From an uncultured Acidimicrobiales bacterium (GTDB lineage Bacteria > Actinomycetota > Acidimicrobiia > Acidimicrobiales > SZUA-35): a stretch of DNA of 64,000 nucleotides. The notes under the pieces are model-generated. The model saw only the letters and a program-made list of their open reading frames with translations. It did not search any database and had not been told where the DNA came from. Below are positions 7,887 to 16,362 of this stretch, piece after piece. The position numbers and the translations under genes were made by a program. How positions within the stretch are numbered: the first letter of the stretch is position 1; every line of letters begins with the position of its first letter. The stretch spans positions 462,555 through 526,554 of the forward strand of contig CAVRSZ010000008.1 in NCBI GenBank assembly GCA_963723995.1, given 5' to 3'.

Positions 7887-9118
7887 CAGGTGGTCCAGAA
7901 CTTCCAGAACGGCTTCTTGTCGGTCTCGGGCGCCGGGCCTGACAGCGGATGATCGGGGAAGGGCAGGCTCGGTGCCGGACCCATCGCCTCCTTGACCACG
8001 TAGCGCTCGAGGGCGGCGTCACACAGGCAGTAGCTGAAGTTGACCAACTGCTTCCTCCTGGCCTCGTCGATCGGGGCCAGGCGGGTCGAGATCGACTTGA
8101 GATAGTCGGTCCAGCTGTCGTGGACGGGAAGGGAACCGGCCTCGTACTCCGAGTGCACTGTGGAGATTCCCCAGAAGGCACCGTTCAGCGCGCCTCGTTG
8201 GTAGGCGCTGATCAATTCGGACCGTCGCAGTGACCGGACCTGATTGTCGGTGACCTTCCATGCTCGAATCATGTGTTGCAGCCAGTTGGTGGCCACATCC
8301 TCTTCGAAGTGGAACGGGCCGCCACCGTCGCTCACCAACTGGGTGGCGAATCGCTCGATGGGCTGCAGACCAAGATTGTCGTACACCCCTCCGTCGCTCA
8401 GCTGAAGCCGACGGGCGAACCGGGTCTTGTGCAGAACCGGTTCCTTGTCCCCTGCGAACAGCTGGCTGAGGTCGCTGTCGTCGTCGAGATCCATTGTCAT
8501 CGGCGACAGCACCGGTGGGAAGGCGGCCGACGCCGCCACCACCGATGACAGTTTGAAATCCGGATTGTGGCGAACCCCGATCCGGTAGTCGGCCGCATAG
8601 TCCCTGGAGAACCGAACCACCGCACCCGATCCGAGATTGGTGGCACAGAACACGAAGCGGGGTGAACTCGGAAGGTCCCGAAGGGTGGCCCCGTCAAACC
8701 ACTCGTCGTAGGTCTTCAGCACCGTGCCGGCAATCGAACGGCGGGGCGTGAGCAGACCGCCGACGATCCCCTTGGCATCGAGGAGGGTGTCGGCTCGTCG
8801 CATCAACGGCCGGGCGAGCAATCGGTCGAACCTGTCGGTGTCGACCGGGCCGGCCATCAGCTCGTCCCAAACCAGGGCCAGGTGAGCACTGGCGATGGAG
8901 CCACCGGACACGCTGGAGATCCGGGCCACCTTCTGCAGCGCCCCCACCTCATACAACCGCCTCAGCGCCCCGAGGTGGAACAGCATGGCCCGGTAGCCGC
9001 CGCCGGAGAGGGCCAAGCCGGCGGCGGACTCCTTGTCTGCCTCACCATCAGCCAGCCGGGGCACGACCTCCGGCAGGGATTTCCCGAACAGATCGACAAA
9101 AGACGGCGTGGATGGCAA
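7886..9118 (-). CDS. patatin-like phospholipase
   Basis: 410 aa; LSGGGYRA oxyanion motif, SSVSGGS nucleophile elbow and SDGGVYDNLG catalytic Asp motif. Its stop shares one base with the start of the next gene (TGATG). Confidence 0.8.
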   Translation of the reverse strand: MPSTPSFVDLFGKSLPEVVPRLADGEADKESAAGLALSGGGYRAMLFHLGALRRLYEVGALQKVARISSVSGGSIASAHLALVWDELMAGPVDTDRFDRLLARPLMRRADTLLDAKGIVGGLLTPRRSIAGTVLKTYDEWFDGATLRDLPSSPRFVFCATNLGSGAVVRFSRDYAADYRIGVRHNPDFKLSSVVAASAAFPPVLSPMTMDLDDDSDLSQLFAGDKEPVLHKTRFARRLQLSDGGVYDNLGLQPIERFATQLVSDGGGPFHFEEDVATNWLQHMIRAWKVTDNQVRSLRRSELISAYQRGALNGAFWGISTVHSEYEAGSLPVHDSWTDYLKSISTRLAPIDEARRKQLVNFSYCLCDAALERYVVKEAMGPAPSLPFPDHPLSGPAPETDKKPFWKFWTT

Positions 9119-9365
9119 TTGCCCTCCCCAGTATGTGGCGAATGGTACCGGGGCGCTTCATGCCGCCCGCTGACCGCCCGGTCCCGGTGGGTCGACAGTA
9201 CTACACGCAGCGGGGCCGTGTCATGGGCCGGAACGAGCGCGACGCGGCCCGACCATGTGTTCACGTCTCGGTCGTGTGATCAACGTCAGGTCCGCCGGCC
9301 GGGGGCCCGCCAAAGGCCGCCGCCCGCCCTTGACCACGGGCCGTCCGCCATGGGTACCATGCTGC

Positions 9366-9707
9366 ATGGCGCTGATCGAAGTCCGCGACTACCACTACGA
9401 CCCCGATCGCATGGACGCCTACCGCCTGTGGGCTGCCGAAGCCGGACAATGGCTTCGCACGCGCTGGGACGTATCCGGTTTCTGGTTGGACTCCGGTGAG
9501 GAGGGGCAGCTGTTCGGCGCCGACCCTCAGCCGTCGCCCCACGGTCCCGCCAACGTGACATGGACCATCAAGTGGCGTGATCGACAGGAGTGGGATGCGG
9601 CGTGGGACGCGTTGTGGAATGACGACGAGTGGAAGGTGCTCTGGGAGCGTCATCCCGGCTTCGAGGGCTACGGCCAGCTCTCGGTTCGTTTCCTCGATGA
9701 GGTCTGA
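9366..9707 (+). CDS. NIPSNAP-like small alpha/beta-barrel protein
   Basis: MALIEVRDYHYDPDRMDAYRLWAAEA...WRDRQEWDAAWDALWNDDEW; the internal ATG at 9366 was chosen within the 150-aa ORF. Confidence 0.45.
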   Translation: MALIEVRDYHYDPDRMDAYRLWAAEAGQWLRTRWDVSGFWLDSGEEGQLFGADPQPSPHGPANVTWTIKWRDRQEWDAAWDALWNDDEWKVLWERHPGFEGYGQLSVRFLDEV

Positions 9708-9743
9708 TCGCCCTCGTATTCCGTCGAGGGGGGCTGAGTTCGT

Positions 9744-10841
9744 GTGAGCCCCGCCGCACGCCGATCACGACGTGCGGTTCGGGATACCGCCGGTGGCGCG
9801 CCGGTACCGGGCCGCGCCTTCGGGCCCATGATCATCGCCGTCGCTGCGCTGGCGGTCTTCACCGCCCTGTTCGTGGGGATCGGACTTGGTGGCTGGGGTC
9901 CGCCCGCGGACTACGAGCCCGCCATCGGCCAGGCTTCCCGCTGGTGCGAGCGTGTCTCCGCCGGTTTCCTCCGGGAGCCGGTCAACACGCTGGGCAACCT
10001 CGGCTTCGTGGTCGCCGGTCTGACGATGTTCGGGGTACTCGTTCGGGACACGCAGCGGCAACGGCCAACGGTGAACGCCTTCATCGGCAACTCCTCGGTG
10101 GCCGTACTCTATGCCGGGGCCACGGTGTTTCTCGGTCCGGGCTCCATGGTGATGCACGGGACGCATACGTTCTTCGGGGCCTGGATCGACAATGTGTCGA
10201 TGGTCGCCTACATCATCATTCCCGTGTTGTGGAACCTGACCCGGCTCGGAGGCTGGTCGCGCCGCACCTTCTTCACCACCTACGCCTCGGTGCTCGTGCT
10301 GTACTCGGCCGGGTACTGGTTCATCGCCCCCGACCTCGGCATCGGATTCGAGTTGTTCGAGGTCTCGATCCCGCTCTGGATCATCTCCGAAGTGGTGTAC
10401 CGGTGGTGGTCGCCGGTAACCCGGCTGCTCTCCGGGTTCGTGGGGTTCGTGGTCGCCGCCACCTTCGGAATCTTCCCGGCCGAGATGATCGACCACGCGG
10501 GGGACTACTGGTGGGTGTTCCTGTTCTGGCTCCCGGCTGCGCTGGCCCGTGCCCCGGCAACAGAACGGCGGCGCTACACGCCATGGTTCTGGGTTGGGAT
10601 CGCTTCGTTCCTGCTGGCCTACGCCATCTGGTTGACCGGCAGCCCCGGGCATGAGTTGTGCGACCCGGACTCGTTGATCCAGGCCCACGCCATCTGGCAT
10701 CTGCTCTCGGCGCTTGCGACGTGGAGCCTTTTCCTGTTCCTGCGTACCGAGCACCCGATGAATCCTGACGAACTCAAGGCTCCGTGCAGCGAAGGATCAA
10801 CGCTTGTTCGGAGTCGATCCGATCGGGGCTGGAACCGATGA
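9744..10841 (+). CDS. ceramidase-family integral membrane protein
   Basis: Multi-pass hydrophobic profile. The WCE..(x)..EPVNTLGNL motif resembles the N-terminal WCE/NT.SN signature of alkaline ceramidases, and conserved His residues occur (MHGTH, AIWH). The start is uncertain (ATG near 9828 is possible). Confidence 0.5.
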   Translation: MSPAARRSRRAVRDTAGGAPVPGRAFGPMIIAVAALAVFTALFVGIGLGGWGPPADYEPAIGQASRWCERVSAGFLREPVNTLGNLGFVVAGLTMFGVLVRDTQRQRPTVNAFIGNSSVAVLYAGATVFLGPGSMVMHGTHTFFGAWIDNVSMVAYIIIPVLWNLTRLGGWSRRTFFTTYASVLVLYSAGYWFIAPDLGIGFELFEVSIPLWIISEVVYRWWSPVTRLLSGFVGFVVAATFGIFPAEMIDHAGDYWWVFLFWLPAALARAPATERRRYTPWFWVGIASFLLAYAIWLTGSPGHELCDPDSLIQAHAIWHLLSALATWSLFLFLRTEHPMNPDELKAPCSEGSTLVRSRSDRGWNR

Positions 10842-11027
10842 CGTCGCCGAGGATGCGTTTTGATCGAGTCCGCCGGAAATCGCTCAAGTATCGGAGCGGG
10901 GCGGTCGATAGCAGAGTCGTACAGGCAAGACGAGGCATAGATCCATCCGGGTGAAACGTGGTCGCCTGCCCGGGCGGGGAGCCAGTGGCGAAACCGGCGT
11001 GTTGCACCAACCAACACGGAGCCTGCA

Positions 11028-11231
11028 ATGAAGAAGCATTCACTCACCCGACGCATCAGCGGCGCCATTCTCGCCGCATCCCTCTCCCTCGCCGGGCTGG
11101 CCGTCGCGGGCGGCATCGATCTGCACGACGAGCCGGATCAGGTCGAGGAAGTCGCCGGCGCCACCTGGAGCCGCCCGATGATCATCGGCGGAAAAGGCGG
11201 GGCGGAGACCCAAGGTGCCACCTGGTCGTGA
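11028..11231 (+). CDS. small secreted peptide (67 aa) with a signal peptide and two GATWS motifs
   Basis: MKKHSLTRRISGAILAASLSLAGLAVAGG signal-like N-terminus, GGAG-like RBS 8 nt upstream, and the repeat ..VAGATWS..QGATWS at the C-terminus. Confidence 0.5.
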   Translation: MKKHSLTRRISGAILAASLSLAGLAVAGGIDLHDEPDQVEEVAGATWSRPMIIGGKGGAETQGATWS

Positions 11232-11268
11232 CCCGTGCTTCGGCACGAGGTCGGTGCGGGAGGCGAAG

Positions 11269-12600
11269 CTAGAGTTCGGCCGGCGCCGTCTCCACCGACG
11301 TCGACCTTCCAGTGCCGTCGATGGCCGGATCTCCGGCGGCTCGGCGGGCCGGCACCGTCACCGCGATCATGAGCAGACCGAAACCGAGGAAACCCAGGGC
11401 AACCGGGGTCACCGTGTTCGAGACGACCTGATCCACGACACCGGCAAGCACGGCGCCAAGCACGGTTGGCACGGCACCGATGAAGGCCGAAGCCATGCCG
11501 GCCACTTGGCCGACCTGTTCCATAGCCAGCGAGTTGAGCAGCGCGGTGTTGCACACCAGGGTGGCCACCAGCAGCGAGGTCATGACGAAGAAGACGGGGA
11601 ACGGTGGTCGACCGTTCAGCCACAACGTCACGGCCACGTAGCCGACGGCCAGTGCCAGGAACGTCGCCTGGAGGACGTTCAGGGTCCGGCGCGACCCGAT
11701 GCGTCTCACCGCTCGGGAGCTGGTCACCGACGCCACCCCCATGCCGGCGGCGGTCAAACCGAACCAGAACGGGAACTGGGCTTCCCGGTCGTAGACCTCG
11801 GCGTACAGCAGCTGGCTCGACCCCAGGTAGGGGAGGAAGGCGGCGAAGGCGAAGGTGATGGCGGCCGTGGCCCATGCCGTCGACCGGGTGCGGGCGATGG
11901 CCCGGGCCCCGTCCACCACGGTGCCGAATCGCAACGCCCTGCGGCCCTCGAGCGGCAGGGTCTCCCGAAGCCGAAGCGACCACAAGCCGACACTCAGGCC
12001 GAAAAGGGCCGAGAACACGAATGGATAGCGCCATGATCCCAGCTCCAGGACCAGGCGACCGATGGTGGGGGCCACGGCCGGTACCATCAGGAACACACCC
12101 ATGACCACCGACATGACCCGGGCCATCTCGTCGCCCTGGTAGCGGTCGCGGACCACGGCGATGGACACCACCCGGGGCCCGGCCGCCCCCAGGCCCCACA
12201 GGAAGCGGAAGCCGAACATCACCGGCAGCGACGGGGCCAGGATGGTCCCGGCGGCGGCGACCAGGTAGAGCGCAAGACCGGCAAACAGCACCGGCTTGCG
12301 CCCGACGGCGTCGCTGATGGGGCCCCAGGCGATCTGGCCCAGGCCGAGCCCGAACATGTAGAACGTGACCAGCAGCGACACATCGGTGGCGTCGGCGGCC
12401 AGATCGAAGGCATCACGGATGAGCCCGAACGCCGGCAGCATCACGTCGATGGCGATGGCGTTCAGGGCCGACAGGGCGGCCATGAGGACAATGAACTCAC
12501 GGTCGCCGACGCGATAGGACGATGTGGTCGACGACGCGTCCATTGACTGCACGCTAACCCGTGCCGCGACCGAACCCTGCACCCGGGTGTCGCACGACAC
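11269..12600 (-). CDS. MFS transporter (12-TMS drug/H+ antiporter type)
   Basis: 443 aa; hydrophobic repeats and a GPISDAVGRKP loop motif typical of MFS. The start is uncertain (ATG at 12543 is possible). Confidence 0.75.
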   Translation of the reverse strand: MSCDTRVQGSVAARVSVQSMDASSTTSSYRVGDREFIVLMAALSALNAIAIDVMLPAFGLIRDAFDLAADATDVSLLVTFYMFGLGLGQIAWGPISDAVGRKPVLFAGLALYLVAAAGTILAPSLPVMFGFRFLWGLGAAGPRVVSIAVVRDRYQGDEMARVMSVVMGVFLMVPAVAPTIGRLVLELGSWRYPFVFSALFGLSVGLWSLRLRETLPLEGRRALRFGTVVDGARAIARTRSTAWATAAITFAFAAFLPYLGSSQLLYAEVYDREAQFPFWFGLTAAGMGVASVTSSRAVRRIGSRRTLNVLQATFLALAVGYVAVTLWLNGRPPFPVFFVMTSLLVATLVCNTALLNSLAMEQVGQVAGMASAFIGAVPTVLGAVLAGVVDQVVSNTVTPVALGFLGFGLLMIAVTVPARRAAGDPAIDGTGRSTSVETAPAEL

Positions 12601-12617
12601 CGAGCGTCAGGATGACG

Positions 12618-12938
12618 TCACTCCTGCACGGTCGCTCCGGTCAGCCGACCCCGGTTCATCGTGCCGGAGAGTGTCACGGCGGTGTTCGACCACCGGACCG
12701 GTCCCAGCTGTTCCAGCTCGGCACCGGAAAGATCGAGACCATCGACGATGAGAAAGGCGCCACCGGGTTGTGGCGGGTACGACTCGGCCAGCGCCTCGGC
12801 CAGCACCACGATCCCGCTGTCCTCGACCAGGAATCCGCCGACGGTCACGTCGGTCCCGTCGGGCCGATCGGCGGCCTCGCCCGGGCTCATCACACCCCCA
12901 TCGTTGCCAACCGGAGCCGCCGGCGGGCCATCGGTCAT
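12618..12938 (-). CDS. hypothetical small acidic protein, translationally coupled to the upstream serine protease
   Basis: Its ATG overlaps the protease stop as ATGA (12935-12938). 106 aa, with good GC3 and no recognisable motif. Confidence 0.5.
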   Translation of the reverse strand: MTDGPPAAPVGNDGGVMSPGEAADRPDGTDVTVGGFLVEDSGIVVLAEALAESYPPQPGGAFLIVDGLDLSGAELEQLGPVRWSNTAVTLSGTMNRGRLTGATVQE

Positions 12939-13906
12939 TGATGGGCGTTCTTCCACGCCTGCAGGTTGTTGAACACCGCACCGTTGATCCTGGTGGCGGC
13001 GTTGAACGGTCGAACACCCACACCGTAGGCGTGAATGCCGACGGCGTAGCGGCTTCCGTCCCTTATGCGGTACACGGCACTGCCGCTCTGGCCGCCGGCG
13101 GTGTCGATGTCATAGAACATCTGCCGTCCGCTGACCGAGTTGATTCGGCGGGCCATGTACCACTGCTGGGCCCCCTGACCGAGATCACCGGGATACCCGA
13201 CCAGGTTCCCGACCACCGATCGAAGGGTGGAGTCGCCGTAGTTGGCGAAACCCAGCCAGCCGGTTCGACTGCCGAGATCGTCGCCCTCGTCCAGCACGAT
13301 CACGCCGTAGTCGTATTCGGCGTCGGGGTTGTCGGGCGGGCTCTCGGTCCAACCCCGAACACTGAAGAACCGGGCGCTGGTGGCCTGGCCGAACGGGAGT
13401 GCACTCTCGTTCCGACCGGGCATGACGACGATGCTTCGGGCCCATCCTCGGCGGGCCTCCACCGGTCCGTGGAAGAACAGGTTGTGTCCCGCCGTGGCCA
13501 GGACCCGAGGGCTGATGAAGAACGCAGTGCCGATCCATCGGCTCCCGTCTCGAGCGGTCACCAGGAGGGAGGCGTGGGCCCGCCACGGGTACCGGTCGGT
13601 CCCGGTGATGCGTGTGCGATTGTCGTCGCCGATGACGGACTCGGCGGTGATCAAACCGACGGCCTCGGCATAGGAGGCCTCGACCGCACTTCGCAGTCCG
13701 TCGGTGGCCGGGGCGACGGGAGCCGCCCCCATCTCGGCCGCCGCCCCGGCGCCGGTTCGAAGGGCGAATCCTTCCGCCGCCTGTTCCAGGCCGTCGTCAC
13801 CGGGGGCATCGGTCTCGCCTCCGGTGCCGACCGAGTCGGACTCTTCGACCTCGTCGCTCTCGGGATCGTGGTTGGAGACCGGTTCGTCCGGATTGTCGAT
13901 GGTCAT
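12935..13906 (-). CDS. trypsin-fold (S1, V8/Glu-specific-like) serine protease without an obvious signal peptide
   Basis: TAFFISPRVLATAGHN (His), DYGVIVL (Asp) and GGQSGSAV (Ser), with an acidic low-complexity N-terminus. The start ATG at 13906 was chosen because the rest of the 707-aa ORF is junk. Confidence 0.75.
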   Translation of the reverse strand: MTIDNPDEPVSNHDPESDEVEESDSVGTGGETDAPGDDGLEQAAEGFALRTGAGAAAEMGAAPVAPATDGLRSAVEASYAEAVGLITAESVIGDDNRTRITGTDRYPWRAHASLLVTARDGSRWIGTAFFISPRVLATAGHNLFFHGPVEARRGWARSIVVMPGRNESALPFGQATSARFFSVRGWTESPPDNPDAEYDYGVIVLDEGDDLGSRTGWLGFANYGDSTLRSVVGNLVGYPGDLGQGAQQWYMARRINSVSGRQMFYDIDTAGGQSGSAVYRIRDGSRYAVGIHAYGVGVRPFNAATRINGAVFNNLQAWKNAHQ

Positions 13907-14007
13907 GATGCCTCCTGAGTGCTGCCGCACACTGATACTAGGCCGATTCGACCGATGGATCGGGACTGTCGGGGGCGGTGCTGGCGCAGACCGGGTTGTG
14001 GGCGGTG

Positions 14008-15525
14008 TCAGCCAACCTCGCCCTCGATGATGCGACCGGTCAAGAAGAACGCAACCATCACGGCCGCCACCAGGGCTATGGCCGCGCCGATGAACGTCTC
14101 GGCCAGGGCCGAGGTGGAGATGTCGACGGTGGCGGCGGCCACTGCATCGCCATAGCCGGGGTCGGTGATGGGGGGAAGCTCGACCTCCGTGCGCAGGGCA
14201 TCGTAACGGCGGATACCCCAGGCTGTCAGGGCGGCCAGACCAAGGCTGAATCCGATCAGCCGGGCCACGATGACGAGACCGGCGGCGGTGCCTCGCTCGT
14301 TCTCGCCGGCGGTGTCGATCACGGCGGTGCCGGTGGGAGCGAGGGCCAGTCCGATCCCGGTGCCGACCAGCCCGAGCTGCAGCGCCATTGGGATGGCCGT
14401 GGTTCGGGGCGACCAGTCCAGCCCCATGATGGCCAGACCGACCGATGCGATGATGAGCCCCAGCATCACCGGCCGGCGGTAGCCGAGCTTGCCACTGGCC
14501 ACACCACCGGCATAGGAGGCGATCGCCATGGTCACGGTGAGGGCGGTCAGCAGCCAGCCGGACCGTACCGCGCTGCGGGCGATGCCGCCCTCCACGATGT
14601 TGACGAACAGCGGGACGTTGATGAGGGCGATCACCAGCCCGACACTCATGAGGCAGTTGACGGCGAGTGCCGGGCCGATCGAACGACGAGCCGTCATCAT
14701 GGTGGTCAACATCGGCTCGGCCGCCCGCCGCTCGTTCCACACCAGGACCGAGAAGGCAACGGCGGCCACCAGATACAGCCAGGGCCCGGAGAGGAAGCTG
14801 TCGGGGGAGTCGGTCAACTCCTCCAGCCCGGTGACCGTCTGTATCCTGGCCTCGCTCAGCAGGGCCACATTGAGCGAAATCAAACCGATCGTCAACAGGC
14901 CGGCGCCCCACCAGTCGACCTGTCGCTCCCGACGCTGCCCCGTGCTCAGGAGCCGCCAGCCCACGACGATTCCAGCCAGTGCCAGCGGGATGTTCAGATG
15001 GAACTGCCACTGCCACGACAGGTAACGGACCAGGGCCGCCCCGTACAGCGGTCCCCATACCCAGCCGATGGTCTCCACCGCTCCCAGGATGCCGATGGCC
15101 CGGACCCGTCTGGGACCGCGATAGAGGTCGCCGGCCACGGCAAAGGCGACGGGGACAAGGGCTCCCCCGCCCACCGCGGTCAAGGCCCGGCCCACGAGGA
15201 GGGTGGACAGGGTGTCGGCTCGGGGCACCACCACCGACCCGACGGCGAACACGGCGAGGGCTCCGACGAAGACGGCTCGACGTCCCACGATGTCACTGAT
15301 CCGACCGGCCAGGGGCATCACCGCGATGTAGGCGATGAGGTACACGTTGACGATCCAGGCGGCGTCACCGAGATCATCGGGAATGGCGAGCTCGAAGTCG
15401 TTGATCATGGGGCGGAGCATGGTGGCCACCACCATCAGGTCGTCGGCCGCCACGAAGACACCGAAGGCCACGATGGCCAGCACCGCCCATGGAGCCGGCT
15501 CTCTATCCGGATCAGCGTCCGCCAT
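14008..15525 (-). CDS. MFS transporter, 14-TMS DHA2 type (P55-like partner of LprG)
   Basis: Hydrophobic 505 aa with a GRISDIVGRR motif. Its start overlaps the LprG stop (TGATG). Confidence 0.75.
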   Translation of the reverse strand: MADADPDREPAPWAVLAIVAFGVFVAADDLMVVATMLRPMINDFELAIPDDLGDAAWIVNVYLIAYIAVMPLAGRISDIVGRRAVFVGALAVFAVGSVVVPRADTLSTLLVGRALTAVGGGALVPVAFAVAGDLYRGPRRVRAIGILGAVETIGWVWGPLYGAALVRYLSWQWQFHLNIPLALAGIVVGWRLLSTGQRRERQVDWWGAGLLTIGLISLNVALLSEARIQTVTGLEELTDSPDSFLSGPWLYLVAAVAFSVLVWNERRAAEPMLTTMMTARRSIGPALAVNCLMSVGLVIALINVPLFVNIVEGGIARSAVRSGWLLTALTVTMAIASYAGGVASGKLGYRRPVMLGLIIASVGLAIMGLDWSPRTTAIPMALQLGLVGTGIGLALAPTGTAVIDTAGENERGTAAGLVIVARLIGFSLGLAALTAWGIRRYDALRTEVELPPITDPGYGDAVAAATVDISTSALAETFIGAAIALVAAVMVAFFLTGRIIEGEVG

Positions 15526-16274
15526 CAGCCTTCCGTCGTCAGCTCCGGCGGGGCGATGGTCACCTCGACGTCGTAGTCGGTGATGGTCATTCGCCAGTTG
15601 CTGACCGTGTCGTCCAGGGCCAGGGCGAACCGGACTTCCACGATGCGCCTGGTCTCGGCGTCGATCCACAGATCGATGTCGGTGGCCTGGGATACCAACC
15701 CACCGGTCAACACCTCGACCCGTTCGGCGCTGACGGGGGCCCGGACCTGGTACCGATCCCCGAGATCAGGGTCGTCGGACTGGGCCGGGTCTTCGACCAA
15801 CTCCGCCGTGCCCGCTGCTTCGGTCAGGAGGGTGGTGAACCCCGTTTCGGCGGCGAAAAGGTCGGCCGGGTCGAAGGTGAAACTCTCCGGCGCCACCGTC
15901 CATTCACCGGTCAGCGGGTTGGTGAACCACAGCTCACCATCGATGGCGATGGCTCCAACCTCGGTGGCGAAGCCCAGTGCGTCGACGGTGAGCAGCGCTT
16001 CGGACGAAGCCGGTGCTGCGAATCGGCCGTCGGCTGACTGAAAGGCCAACTGCTCGTCGTCGTCGATGAACACCGTTCCGTCCTTCTGCTCGATGGTGAA
16101 CGATGCCGATCCGACGGTGGCCATGGCTTCCGCCGCCTCACCGAGTACCTGCTCCGCCGTCAGCGGGGCGGCCTCATCCTCCCCCGGATCCGACGAGCTG
16201 CATCCGGCGACGAACATTGCCATGATGCAGGCGGCGCACACCATGTAGAAGGAGGAGTGGCGATGAGAACCCAT
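15525..16274 (-). CDS. lprG: LppX/LprAFG-family lipoprotein (LprG-like)
   Basis: Lipobox MFVAGC after a signal peptide. The body (GSASFTIEQ..., ...YQVRAPVSAERV...) is typical of LprG-like lipid-binding lipoproteins, and synteny with the MFS gene matches the mycobacterial lprG-Rv1410c operon. Confidence 0.65.
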   Translation of the reverse strand: MGSHRHSSFYMVCAACIMAMFVAGCSSSDPGEDEAAPLTAEQVLGEAAEAMATVGSASFTIEQKDGTVFIDDDEQLAFQSADGRFAAPASSEALLTVDALGFATEVGAIAIDGELWFTNPLTGEWTVAPESFTFDPADLFAAETGFTTLLTEAAGTAELVEDPAQSDDPDLGDRYQVRAPVSAERVEVLTGGLVSQATDIDLWIDAETRRIVEVRFALALDDTVSNWRMTITDYDVEVTIAPPELTTEG

Positions 16275-16362
16275 CCCGTGAAGCGTAGGCCAACCGGCAA
16301 CCAAACCCCGTTCGAACCCGCCCCGTCATGAAGACCGTTCGGACGTCGGTCCCGGCCGAGTC

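Noticed and set aside
12935-15058. 707-aa ORF suggesting a giant protease fusion
   Set aside because: Only the C-terminal 323 aa, from ATG 13906, are protein-like. The upstream part is the shadow frame of the MFS gene at 14008-15525.
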